Source of the DNA: Dehalococcoidia bacterium
Lineage (GTDB): Bacteria; Chloroflexota; Dehalococcoidia; Lucifugimonadales; Australimonadaceae
Assembly: GCA_034422795.1 (NCBI GenBank)
Contig: DAOUJK010000054.1
Location: 10,347 to 74,346, forward strand
Length of the DNA stretch: 64,000 nt
Direction of reading: 5' to 3'
Below, piece by piece: positions 18,910-27,606 of the stretch. The position numbers and the translations under genes are program-made. Position 1 is the first letter of the stretch; each line of letters begins with the position of its first letter. The notes under the pieces are model-generated. The model did not search any database and was not told the origin of the DNA. It saw nothing but the letters and a program-made list of their open reading frames with translations.

Positions 18910-20091
18910 ATGCCGAGACTCGAGGACCTGCCCGACCTGACGCGGCAGGGGATGCTGAACTTCCCCGCGTTCGACCACGACGACTCGCCGTGCGCGCGGA
19001 TGGCGAAACCGCTGAGCGAGGCGAAGATCGCGCTTGTGACGACGGCGGGCCTGCACCTCCGCGACGACGTGCCGTTCACGGGTGGGGACCAGACGTATCG
19101 CGTCATCCCGTCGTCCGCGCCCGCCTCGGGCATCATCCAGAGCCACATGAGCATCGGGTTCGACCGCACGGGCATCATGCGGGACGTGAACGTCACGTTC
19201 CCCGTAGACCGGCTGCGGGAGATGGTGGAGCGCGGCGAGATAGGCTCCGTCACGGAGAACTACTACTCGTTCATGGGGGCGCAGCGCAGCCCGCGCCGCA
19301 TCGAGGAGGAGACCGGGCCGGAGGTCGGTCGTCTACTGCTGGAGGAGGGCGCCGACGCCGCATTCCTCACGCCGACCTGACCGAACTGCACGCACACGGT
19401 CAGTGTGCTTGCGCGCGCCATCGAAGAGACGGGCCTGCCGACGGTCACCGTCGCGCTCGTCAAGGAGCATGCCCAACGGGTGAAGCCGCCCCGGACGCTG
19501 TGGGTGCCGTTCCCGTTCGGGTTCGCGCTCGGCAACCCGGACGACCCGCCCTTCCAGCAGAAGGTGCTCTCCGCTGCGCTGGGCCTGCTGTCGGAGAACG
19601 ATACCCCCGTGCTCGCCGAGTTCCCTGAGGATGCGGATGCCCCGCCGGTGCTGCTGCAGGCGAGTGCCGCGCAGGCCGATGCGGCGAACCGCAGCGGCGA
19701 CCCCGCTGACGAGGTGACGGCGCTGCGCGGCTACTATGAGCGCTGGGTGGACGAGCACGCGGGCCGGACGATGGTGGGCCTGAGCGGCGTGCCGCAGCGC
19801 CGCTTCCGCGGCCTCGTCCGCGCCATGCAGGCGTTCGCGTCCGGCGACGATACCGCGTTCGTCGACCTGGCGCCGGAGGACGTGCCGCCCGCACGGTTCG
19901 TCCGTCTCGCGTCGGACGACCTCAAGGCGTTCTTCATGGAGGCGCGCTTCTCGCAGCGTCCCAATGACCGCGACGACGAGTTGCAGCGCTGGTTCTGGTC
20001 GGAGACGGCGATGGGGCACCTCATCGCGGCCGTCGCCTCGCGTCTGGTTGAGGAGGGCGACGCGCAGGCTGCGAACGGCATCGCCCGGTAA
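18910..20091 (+). CDS. PrdB/GrdB-family reductase selenoprotein B-like, Sec at UGA 19378-19380, with extra C-terminal domain
   Basis: ORFs 18910..19380 and 19405..20091 share a frame; readthrough gives ADAAFLTPT-U-PNCTHTVSVLARAIEETGLPTV, matching the PrdB-type UxxC site; SECIS hairpin follows. Confidence 0.85.
19392..19408 (+). promoter_or_regulatory. Bacterial SECIS element
   Basis: GCACAC-GGTCA-GTGTGC hairpin; stem starts 11 nt after the UGA; G-initiated loop 17 nt after the UGA. Confidence 0.75.
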
Positions 20092-20100
20092 ACCCGGCGC

Positions 20101-20397
20101 TTAGGCGGGGCGGGTGCGCTCCTTAACGAGTTCGACGCGAAGCTGGAAGCCAAGGGCCTTGGCGATGTCATAGACGGTCTCCAGGCGCGGACTGTGTTCC
20201 CCGGACTCCAGACGGCTGACTACCGTTTTCGTCACGCCGATGCGCTCGGCTAACTCTCGCTGGCTGAGGTGGTTCTCTTTTCTGGCTTTCACGATAGCGT
20301 CTATCAATTCGAACCGGGGCCCGAGCCGCTCGTACTCACGCTGCAGTTCGGGGTCTTCGGATCGGAGTTGTTCGAACAGTTCTTTCGCGTTACGCAT
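20101..20397 (-). CDS. XRE-family HTH antitoxin (HigA-like)
   Basis: RKENHLSQRELAERIGVTKTVVSRLESGEHSP.LET. Confidence 0.88.
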   Translation of the reverse strand: MRNAKELFEQLRSEDPELQREYERLGPRFELIDAIVKARKENHLSQRELAERIGVTKTVVSRLESGEHSPRLETVYDIAKALGFQLRVELVKERTRPA

Positions 20398-20402
20398 GGT
20401 GT

Positions 20403-20744
20403 CTACTCTCTGAGTTGGAGGAGCCTCCTCCTTGCGCGGGCGACACTCTGTTCGGGGGCGCGCCGCCTTGTCTTTCTCCAGGCTTCAAGCAGGTACAACG
20501 CTCCGCCTGCCTCTCCATACGCTACGCGGTGGTCGCCTGCCCTTAACTCGTAGAGACCGATCTTCGAGTCGAGCAGCCGGTCCTGAGGCATACCGAGACC
20601 GGGGCCGTTCTCCCGTAGGAGGTCGATGTAGCGTTCCAGCGTCGCTACAGCCGAACGGTCACCGGAGCGGAGCAGTTGTTGCACGTACTCAGCTACCGGC
20701 TCCCGCTTGCGAGAGTCTTGGTAGATGGCCACACCCCAAATCAT
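20403..20744 (-). CDS. RelE/ParE-superfamily (HigB/Gp49-like) toxin
   Basis: PVAEY..., LRENGPGLGMP, LYELR, HRVAY, LLEAWRK; lies upstream of the HTH gene. Confidence 0.8.
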   Translation of the reverse strand: MIWGVAIYQDSRKREPVAEYVQQLLRSGDRSAVATLERYIDLLRENGPGLGMPQDRLLDSKIGLYELRAGDHRVAYGEAGGALYLLEAWRKTRRRAPEQSVARARRRLLQLRE

Positions 20745-20860
20745 GTTCGTCTCTCCAAGTTCGGCTTACCCTGCACATCGTTGGCCTCCTAAGGCAATCG
20801 TCGGTTGCCCTATCCTTGACGATAACATGTATGTGTCCAATTTGCAAGTCCCTGTTCACC

Positions 20861-22153
20861 CTAGCCCGCCCGGGCTGCTCGGGCGCGTGCGGGGAGCGGG
20901 GGACGGCGGGCGAGGAAGAAGGTCAGGGACCCCACGATGGCGACCGCTCCGAGCGAGAGGAATGCGAAGACGTAGTCTCCCCGGGCGTCGTACATGATGC
21001 CGGCGTAGACCGGCCCGATGATGCTGCCTCCTGCCGTGATGGTGTTCGACCATCCGGCGATCTTGCCGAGCTGCCTCAGCCCGAAGTAGTCGGCGCGGAG
21101 CGCCATCATCAGCGGCCCGCGCATCCCCCATGCGATGCCGTGCAGCGCTATCGCGACGACCACCGCGGGAAGGCTCGTGGAGAGCGCGAGGATGCCGATG
21201 CCCATGCCGTGGCCGAGCATCGCTCCCCCCGCGAGCATGCGCTTCGAGTAGCGGTCGCCCATGAAGCCGCCCGAGACCTGCCCGATGATCTGCGCGACCA
21301 TGAGGCCGGGGAAGAGGAGGGCGGTCTGGGCCAGGTCCCAGTCGTTGTTCTCCACGAGGTGAGGGACCAGGTGGACGGGCACCGTTGCCACAACCAGCAA
21401 GGCGAGGCCGTGTCCGCTGGAGACGAGCCAGAACGAGCGGTCGCGGATTGCCTCACGGAGCGTGAAGTCGTAGTCGGTCCCGGCGGCGCGCCGCGCCGCG
21501 GCATGGCGCGCCGCTTCCTCGTCGCTGTCGCCGTCCGGGTTCAGCCCAAGCTCGCGGGGGCTGCGCCGGAACATGTGCGCGACCGGGAAGCCGATGATGA
21601 ACGAGATGATGCCGGAGAAGACGGCGGTCTCCCGCCATCCGAACGTGGTGATGGACCAGGCGATGAGGGGCGCCACGAGTGCGCCGCTGGCGAAGCCGAT
21701 CGAGGTGAAGGACATGGCGCGGGCGCGCTTGCGGACGAACCAGTGCGCGATGGCGGTGTTGATGGTGAGGAAGCTCGCAAGACTCGTGCCGATGGCGATG
21801 ATGGTGAGCGCCGCGAACAGGTGCCAGAGCTCCTGTATCTGTCCGAGCAGGATGAAGCCGGCCCCGAACAGGAGCGTGCCAAGGTACATGACGGGGCGCG
21901 GGCCGAACTTGTCCAGCATCCAGCCCTGGACGGGGCCGAGGAGGCCGGTCTCGATGCGCAGCAGCCCGAACGCCCACGAGACCGCGCCCCGGCTCCATCC
22001 GAACGCGGCCTCGAACTGGACGAGGTAGAAGCCCTGCGAGAGGAAGAGCAGGGACGACTGCATGATCTGATTGAAGAACGCGGCCCCCACCATGCGCCAG
22101 CCGTAGAAGATGCGGTGTCGCAGGGCGAGGAGGCTTCGGACAGATGCGGCCAT
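20861..22153 (-). CDS. MFS transporter (OFA/MCT-like)
   Basis: About 12 TM segments, GWMLDKFGPR motif A, MGDRYSKR. Confidence 0.9.
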   Translation of the reverse strand: MAASVRSLLALRHRIFYGWRMVGAAFFNQIMQSSLLFLSQGFYLVQFEAAFGWSRGAVSWAFGLLRIETGLLGPVQGWMLDKFGPRPVMYLGTLLFGAGFILLGQIQELWHLFAALTIIAIGTSLASFLTINTAIAHWFVRKRARAMSFTSIGFASGALVAPLIAWSITTFGWRETAVFSGIISFIIGFPVAHMFRRSPRELGLNPDGDSDEEAARHAAARRAAGTDYDFTLREAIRDRSFWLVSSGHGLALLVVATVPVHLVPHLVENNDWDLAQTALLFPGLMVAQIIGQVSGGFMGDRYSKRMLAGGAMLGHGMGIGILALSTSLPAVVVAIALHGIAWGMRGPLMMALRADYFGLRQLGKIAGWSNTITAGGSIIGPVYAGIMYDARGDYVFAFLSLGAVAIVGSLTFFLARRPPLPARARAARAG

Positions 22154-22166
22154 TCGGGCGTGCCGC

Positions 22167-22703
22167 TCAGTCGTACCACTGGCCGGTGATGGTGCGCACC
22201 TCGGGGTAGGTGGGGTCGTCTATCGTGGTCTTGAACGGCGGGAAGAGGAGGTCTATCAGCAGGCCCGGACCTCCCGAAGGCCCCTTGGCGTTGCGCGCCT
22301 GGTGCTGGAGGGCGTCTATCTGCTCCTGCAGGGTCTCGGCGATGCGGAGGAGCGACTCCACCTCCGCGGCGCCGCTCTTCAACTGCGAGCGCAGCAGCGC
22401 GACGCCATCCGCAACCTCCTGGGCCTTGCTCGCCTGCACCTCGGCGATGCCGCCGTGCCATTCGCCGGGCGGATGCCACGTGATGAACGGCGTCATGTCG
22501 CCGCCCCAGCGGAAGGAGAGCTCGCCGGTCTCATGGCTGTGGCGCACGCCCGGTTCGCCCGGGATCTGGAGGAGCGCGGTGACGAGCACCTGGTCCGTCT
22601 CCAGCACGGTGTAGACGCGCCGCCGAGGGCGCCCGTGGACCTCCATGCCGCGCCAGCCCTTCTGGTCGTCCGGCAGCTGGAACGGGTTGATCTCGATGGC
22701 CAT
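22167..22703 (-). CDS. Hypothetical cupin-like protein with helical insert
   Basis: PGVRHSHETGE...HPPGEWHG resembles cupin metal motifs; followed by a predicted coiled segment. Confidence 0.55.
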   Translation of the reverse strand: MAIEINPFQLPDDQKGWRGMEVHGRPRRRVYTVLETDQVLVTALLQIPGEPGVRHSHETGELSFRWGGDMTPFITWHPPGEWHGGIAEVQASKAQEVADGVALLRSQLKSGAAEVESLLRIAETLQEQIDALQHQARNAKGPSGGPGLLIDLLFPPFKTTIDDPTYPEVRTITGQWYD

Positions 22704-22835
22704 CGCTCTCTCCCCCTTATGGACCCTGGCGGACGTAAATGAGACCAGTCCGCCGGTGCGCCTCCACTATACTGTATCCGCTCCCGCGCGCCCGGTTCGG
22801 TGTGGGAGCGACGAACACACGTATCGGAGGATGGC

Positions 22836-24638
22836 ATGACACGGACACGGACGGCGACGTTCCTCATCCTTGCGGCGCTGTTCAGCGCGCTCGCGCTGGG
22901 CGGCTGCGGGGGCAGCGACGTCGAGACGCAGGAAGAGATCGTCGCGCGGCTGCGCGGCAACGCGGACAGTTTCGAGTACGCCGTCGGCACGCACGGCGGC
23001 ACGATCACGTACTCGACGATCGGGGAACCGCTCACGTTCAACCTGGTGCTTGCGGCCGATGCCAGTTCGTCCGGCTACCTCGGCTACGTGTTCGAGGGGC
23101 TGACCGAGACCTCGTGGCTGAACGACGCGATCGAGCCTCGACTGGCGGAGTCGTGGGACCACTCGCAGGACGGGCTGGAGTGGACGTTCCGCCTGCGGCG
23201 CGACGTCTCCTGGCATGACGGCGAGCCGTTCACCGCGCGCGACGTGGACTTCACGTTCAACCGCATCATCTACAACGACGACATCCCCACTCCCAGCCGC
23301 GATGCATTCATCTTCGCCTACACCGACGAGGCGACCGGCGAGCAGAAGGACGGGCGCATGACCGTCACCGCGCTGGACGACCACACGGTGCGGTTCGTGC
23401 TGCCCGTCTCGTACGCGCCGTTCCTGCGCTCGATGAGCGCCGCCATCTACCCGGAGCACGTCCTCGGACCGTACGTGGAGGCGGGGACGTTCACGGAGGT
23501 GTGGGACGTCGATACCGCCCCGTCGGAGGTCATCGGCACAGGGCCGTTCACCATCACGGGCTTTACGCCGGACGACCGGGTCACGCTGCGCCGCAACCCG
23601 GACTACTGGATGAGGGACAGCGCGGGCAACAGCCTTCCGTACATCGACGAGATCGTCTACCTCCTCGTCGACACCCTCGCGGAGGAGCTGGCGCTGTTCC
23701 AGGCGGGCCAGACGGACGCGCACGGCGTGCTGGGCGAGGAGTATCCGGTGCTGGAGCCGCTGCAGGAGGAGGGCGACTTCACCATCTACCGCCGCGGCCC
23801 CGGCTTCGGCACGACTTTCCTGACGTTCAACGTGAACCCCGGCACGGGCCCGGGTGGGCAGCCGTTCGTCCGGCCCGAGGCGCGGGCGTGGTTCAACACG
23901 CTCGAGTTCCGGCAGGCGGTCGCGCACACCGTGGACAGGGAGCGGGTCGTCGAGGAGACGCTCGGCGGGCTCGGCTACCCGCAGTGGTCGTCCCTCAGCC
24001 CCTCCACCGGTGACTTCTACAACTCCGACGTCCGGCGTTACGAGCACGACCTCGACGCGGCGAACGCTTTGCTCGACGGCCTCGGCTGGACGGATACGGA
24101 CGGCGACGGCGTCCGCGAGGACGTAGGCGGCAACCCCATCGCGTTCACGCTCGTCACGAATGAGGGCAACACCGTGCGCGAGCAGGCGACGCGCATCCTC
24201 GCGGAGGGGATGCGGAGCATCGGCCTCGGCGTGGAGGTGCAGGTCATCGACTTCGCCCTGCTCGTCGGACAGCTGACCGCCACGTACGACTGGGAGGCGA
24301 TGGTCATCGGCTTCACCGGCGGGCCGGACCCGTACGGCGCCATATCGTTCTGGCGCAGCGACGCGGACTTCCACCTGTGGTACCCGAACCAGCCGGAGCC
24401 GGCGACGGCGTGGGAGGCAGAGATAGACGAGCTGTACACCGCGGCGAGCCAGGAGCTGGACCACGTGGAGCGGGTGTTGATGTACCGCCGGGCGCAGGAG
24501 ATAGCGGCCGAGCAGACGCCCGTCGTCTACACGGCGCTCCCGGAGCGGCTGACCGCAGTGCGCAACGTGTTCGGCAACGTCACACCCACGCTCTACGGCC
24601 TCTGGGACGACCGCTACGTGTACCGCTCGGACCGGTAG
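22836..24638 (+). CDS. ABC transporter substrate-binding lipoprotein, family 5
   Basis: Lipobox LGGC, EPLTFN, LAESW, F.LRRDV.WHDGEPFTARDVDFT, IGTGPF; no permease genes adjacent. Confidence 0.92.
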   Translation: MTRTRTATFLILAALFSALALGGCGGSDVETQEEIVARLRGNADSFEYAVGTHGGTITYSTIGEPLTFNLVLAADASSSGYLGYVFEGLTETSWLNDAIEPRLAESWDHSQDGLEWTFRLRRDVSWHDGEPFTARDVDFTFNRIIYNDDIPTPSRDAFIFAYTDEATGEQKDGRMTVTALDDHTVRFVLPVSYAPFLRSMSAAIYPEHVLGPYVEAGTFTEVWDVDTAPSEVIGTGPFTITGFTPDDRVTLRRNPDYWMRDSAGNSLPYIDEIVYLLVDTLAEELALFQAGQTDAHGVLGEEYPVLEPLQEEGDFTIYRRGPGFGTTFLTFNVNPGTGPGGQPFVRPEARAWFNTLEFRQAVAHTVDRERVVEETLGGLGYPQWSSLSPSTGDFYNSDVRRYEHDLDAANALLDGLGWTDTDGDGVREDVGGNPIAFTLVTNEGNTVREQATRILAEGMRSIGLGVEVQVIDFALLVGQLTATYDWEAMVIGFTGGPDPYGAISFWRSDADFHLWYPNQPEPATAWEAEIDELYTAASQELDHVERVLMYRRAQEIAAEQTPVVYTALPERLTAVRNVFGNVTPTLYGLWDDRYVYRSDR

Positions 24639-24640
24639 CG

Positions 24641-24966
24641 CCCTCACCCGCCGCGCAAGCGCGTCGACCTCTCCCAGGGAGAGAGGTGGGTGCGAGATTC
24701 CTGTCTCCGGAGGAATGACGGGGGCTGCGCCCCGCGTCCGGCCACCCTCACCCGTCGCGCAAGCGCGTCGACCTCTCCCAGGGAGAGAGGTGGGGGGGGG
24801 CGAGATTCCTGTCTCCGGAGGAATGACGGGGGCTGCGCCCCGCGTCCGGCCACCCTCACCCGCCGCGCAGGCGCGTCGACCTCTCCCAGAGGGAGAGGTG
24901 GGGGACAACCCACGCCCCACCCCGGAGTACCCTCTCCCTAACCCTCTCCCCTTGTAGGGAGAGGGA
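24641..24966. repeat. Tandem array (~2.5 x 104-108 bp) of palindromic REP-like modules
   Basis: CCCTCACCCG..CCTCTCCC..GAGAGG at 24641, 24745 and 24853, alternating with GATTCCTGTCTCCGGAGGAATGACGG. Confidence 0.9.
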
Positions 24967-25353
24967 TCAGGCATCGTCGAAGAAGGCGAGGCGTTCGGAC
25001 GGGAGGATGCGGGCCTCCCCAAGCGGCTGGCGGGCAGGGCAGCTGCAGGTCCTGCCGTGGGCTAAGCGAACCTCGGCGAAGCCGTGAACGATGGCGGTCA
25101 CTACGCGGGCGGGGTCAGGGACACGGCCACCCCTAGCGCATCCCCGCAGGTAAGGGTCCACGGAGGCGATGGTGAGGATGGGAACATCTTCCGCGGCGGC
25201 AGCCTCGACGATCTCCAGCACATCGGGCAAAGGGGCGCCGCTCTCCATGGCATCACGCCAGCGGTCGACGTAGTCCTGGACGATGGGGACGAGGGTCACC
25301 TGGGCCAGCTGGCAGACGAGGTATCGTTCCAGCGCATCCAGTCCGTTGGGCAT
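24967..25353 (-). CDS. Hypothetical protein
   Basis: 128-aa ORF with RBS GGAGG, 11 bp after the HTH gene stop. Confidence 0.55.
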   Translation of the reverse strand: MPNGLDALERYLVCQLAQVTLVPIVQDYVDRWRDAMESGAPLPDVLEIVEAAAAEDVPILTIASVDPYLRGCARGGRVPDPARVVTAIVHGFAEVRLAHGRTCSCPARQPLGEARILPSERLAFFDDA

Positions 25354-25364
25354 CAGGGGCCTCC

Positions 25365-25871
25365 TTACTTGACGTTCTTGAGGAGTGTGAGGGCTTTCTG
25401 GAGCTGGTTGAGGCGGCGGGTGTTCCTGGCGGTTTCTCCCACCTTGACTCCGGTATCGAGGGCAATGCGGACGGCTTGGGTCCTGACACGAGGGTTGGGG
25501 TCTTCGAGGAGAGAGGTGAGGGCTGCCATGCTCTTGAGGGCGAGTCCGTTGAGTTCGGCATGGGCGAGGCTTGCCGCGTCCTCACGCAAGCGCCGAAGTT
25601 CCTCCCGAAAGATGTGGTCCTGCCGCCAGCGCGTGAGCGTAGAGATGCTGATCGCTGCCATCCTCGCGCCCTCTTCGTTGGTGGCGGCAGCGGCGAGATA
25701 GGGGAGCGCGGAAACCTGCCGATCGGAAAGTTCCGGGGGGAACTGCTGTTCATTTCTGCTCACGGGGTAGTTTTCCACTCGTGAATCCGGGGTTTCGGAT
25801 GAATAGTCCAACTGCTCATTACTGCTCATTCGCTGCTCTTTCCGCATCTGTTTATGCTTCTTTCCGCTCAT
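25365..25871 (-). CDS. Phage-type HTH protein (phBC6A51/terminase small subunit-like)
   Basis: LSDRQVSAL.YL..., EGARMAAISISTLTRWRQD..F, then LLEDPNPRVR.QA helices; RBS GGGAGGAG. Confidence 0.6.
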   Translation of the reverse strand: MSGKKHKQMRKEQRMSSNEQLDYSSETPDSRVENYPVSRNEQQFPPELSDRQVSALPYLAAAATNEEGARMAAISISTLTRWRQDHIFREELRRLREDAASLAHAELNGLALKSMAALTSLLEDPNPRVRTQAVRIALDTGVKVGETARNTRRLNQLQKALTLLKNVK

Positions 25872-25984
25872 TTCCGCTCACTCCTCCCATCGGCGTGTGG
25901 TCAGCGCCCTCACAGGGCACCGTCACAGGGTAGAAGGGGCGATATCGTTGACGCAATGGGCGGATGTCACAAATATGACAAGGC

Positions 25985-26450
25985 AACCCTCACCCGCCGC
26001 GGCAAGCGTGGAAGGCCGCCTACAAGGGACACCCCTAGACCGGGCAGGATTACCCTCACCCGCCACGCTATCGCGCGTCGACCTCTCCCCGAGGGAGAGG
26101 TGGGATACCGGGCGCCTACAAGGGACACCTCTACACCGGGCCGGCCCGAGAGGATGCTGCGCGCTGAAGCGCGGGACTCCGCTGCGTTCCGCTCAGCATG
26201 ACAACCTTTCACCACACCCGGAGGGCCCTCACCCGCCGCGCAAGCGCGTTGACCTCTCCCCGAGGGAGAGGTGGGCAGCTCCCAGAGAGGATTTCTCGGC
26301 TTCGCTCGAAATGACAACCCCACGCCTCGCCGGGGGCCCTCACCCGCTGCGCAAGCGCGGCGACCCGTTCGGCAGGCTCAGGGCAGGCTCTCTCCCTCAG
26401 GAGAGGTGGGGTCAGGCTCCCCTCGCCCACTGGGAGAGGGGCTGGGGGTG
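25985..26450. repeat. Mosaic cluster of REP-like palindromes
   Basis: Several CCCTCACCCGCCGC..CTCTCCC..GGGAGAGG units; two CGCCTACAAGGGACAC(C/T)CTA units (26017-26038, 26113-26134); ..GCTCAGCATGACA and ..GCTCGAAATGACA units. Confidence 0.85.
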
Positions 26451-26462
26451 AGGGCTGCACCC

Positions 26463-27413
26463 CTACTGGGCGTGGTGGCGGAGGTGCTCGACGTAGGCGG
26501 CGATGCCGGAGTCGATGTCGTGCTCGGGGGTGTAGCCGACGTCCTCGCCGATGCGGGAGAGATCCATGACAGGGTTGTGGGCGTTCGAGGGGGTGCGGCC
26601 CGGCTTGAGCGCGGAGCAGACCGCGTCCGGCAGCGCTTTCTGGACGGCTTCGAAGACGCGTTTCGTCGACGTGGCCGCGCCGGAGCCGATGTTGTAGGTG
26701 TCGTGCGGGAGCGAGTCGGCGGTGTGCACGAGCTGGATGCCGCGCGCGAGGTCGCCCACGTACGTCCAGTCGCCCTCGTCGTCCTCGTTGATGCCGCCGC
26801 CGGGCCTGTCGGAGAAGTCGGGGTCCTCGCCCTTGAGGGCGGCGTGGCACATGCGGCTCATGGGGTTGAACATGCTGTAGTAGTAGGGGCCGTAGATGCT
26901 GCCGATGCGGAGCGAGACGACGTTGACGCCTGCGCGCGCGGCGTAGTGAAACGCGTGTATCTCCATGCCCTTCTTGAACGCCTCCACCTGCGTGCCGGAG
27001 TGGACGGGCAGGGGCATGTCCTCGCGGAACGGCCCCTCCGGGATGCTGCCGTAGACGGACGTGGAGCTGGCGAGCGACACGCGGCGCATGCCGAGGATGC
27101 GCGCCGCCTCCAGCGTGTTCTGCAGCCCGGCGGTGTAGATGCGGTAGTCCTCCTGCGGGCTGATGCCGCGGGCGGGCGGCGCCGCGAACGAGATGATGCT
27201 GTCCACCTTATGCCGGCTCGCGACGTCCATCACCTCGTATAGTTTCGTGACGTCCATGCGGTCGACGAACGCGCGGTCGTCCAGGTACGGCGTCAGCGCG
27301 TCGGGCACGCGGTGTGTGCTGTGCTGGGTGATGACGACGCTCTCGCCGGTGTCCAGCAGGCGCAGCGCGGTGTTCAGTCCGATGAAACCCATCCCGCCGA
27401 TGATCAGGATCAT
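26463..27413 (-). CDS. NAD-dependent epimerase/dehydratase (extended SDR)
   Basis: IIGGMGFIG, ASSTSVYG, LRIGSIYGP, TYVGDLARG, YNIGSG. Confidence 0.9.
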   Translation of the reverse strand: MILIIGGMGFIGLNTALRLLDTGESVVITQHSTHRVPDALTPYLDDRAFVDRMDVTKLYEVMDVASRHKVDSIISFAAPPARGISPQEDYRIYTAGLQNTLEAARILGMRRVSLASSTSVYGSIPEGPFREDMPLPVHSGTQVEAFKKGMEIHAFHYAARAGVNVVSLRIGSIYGPYYYSMFNPMSRMCHAALKGEDPDFSDRPGGGINEDDEGDWTYVGDLARGIQLVHTADSLPHDTYNIGSGAATSTKRVFEAVQKALPDAVCSALKPGRTPSNAHNPVMDLSRIGEDVGYTPEHDIDSGIAAYVEHLRHHAQ

Positions 27414-27606
27414 GTGCTCGTGCTCCCTGGGGTGGTCGTGCCGTCGGTGACGGCCTCCCTGTTTTACCACGAGCGGGGGATGCGTGTGTGGAGGTGGGAC
27501 AAGAGCAGTGCTATCCTGCTTGTGTGCAGAAGACGGTGGCCCGATGATCTCTGCGCATAGCCATGATAGGGATGATGAACCTGCCCTAATGGCTGAGGTT
27601 GAGTGA

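Noticed and set aside
24641-24966. Tandem repeats here and at 35605-35950 as a CRISPR array
   Set aside because: The sequences between repeats are themselves repeated rather than unique spacers, units are about 100 bp, and no cas genes are present.
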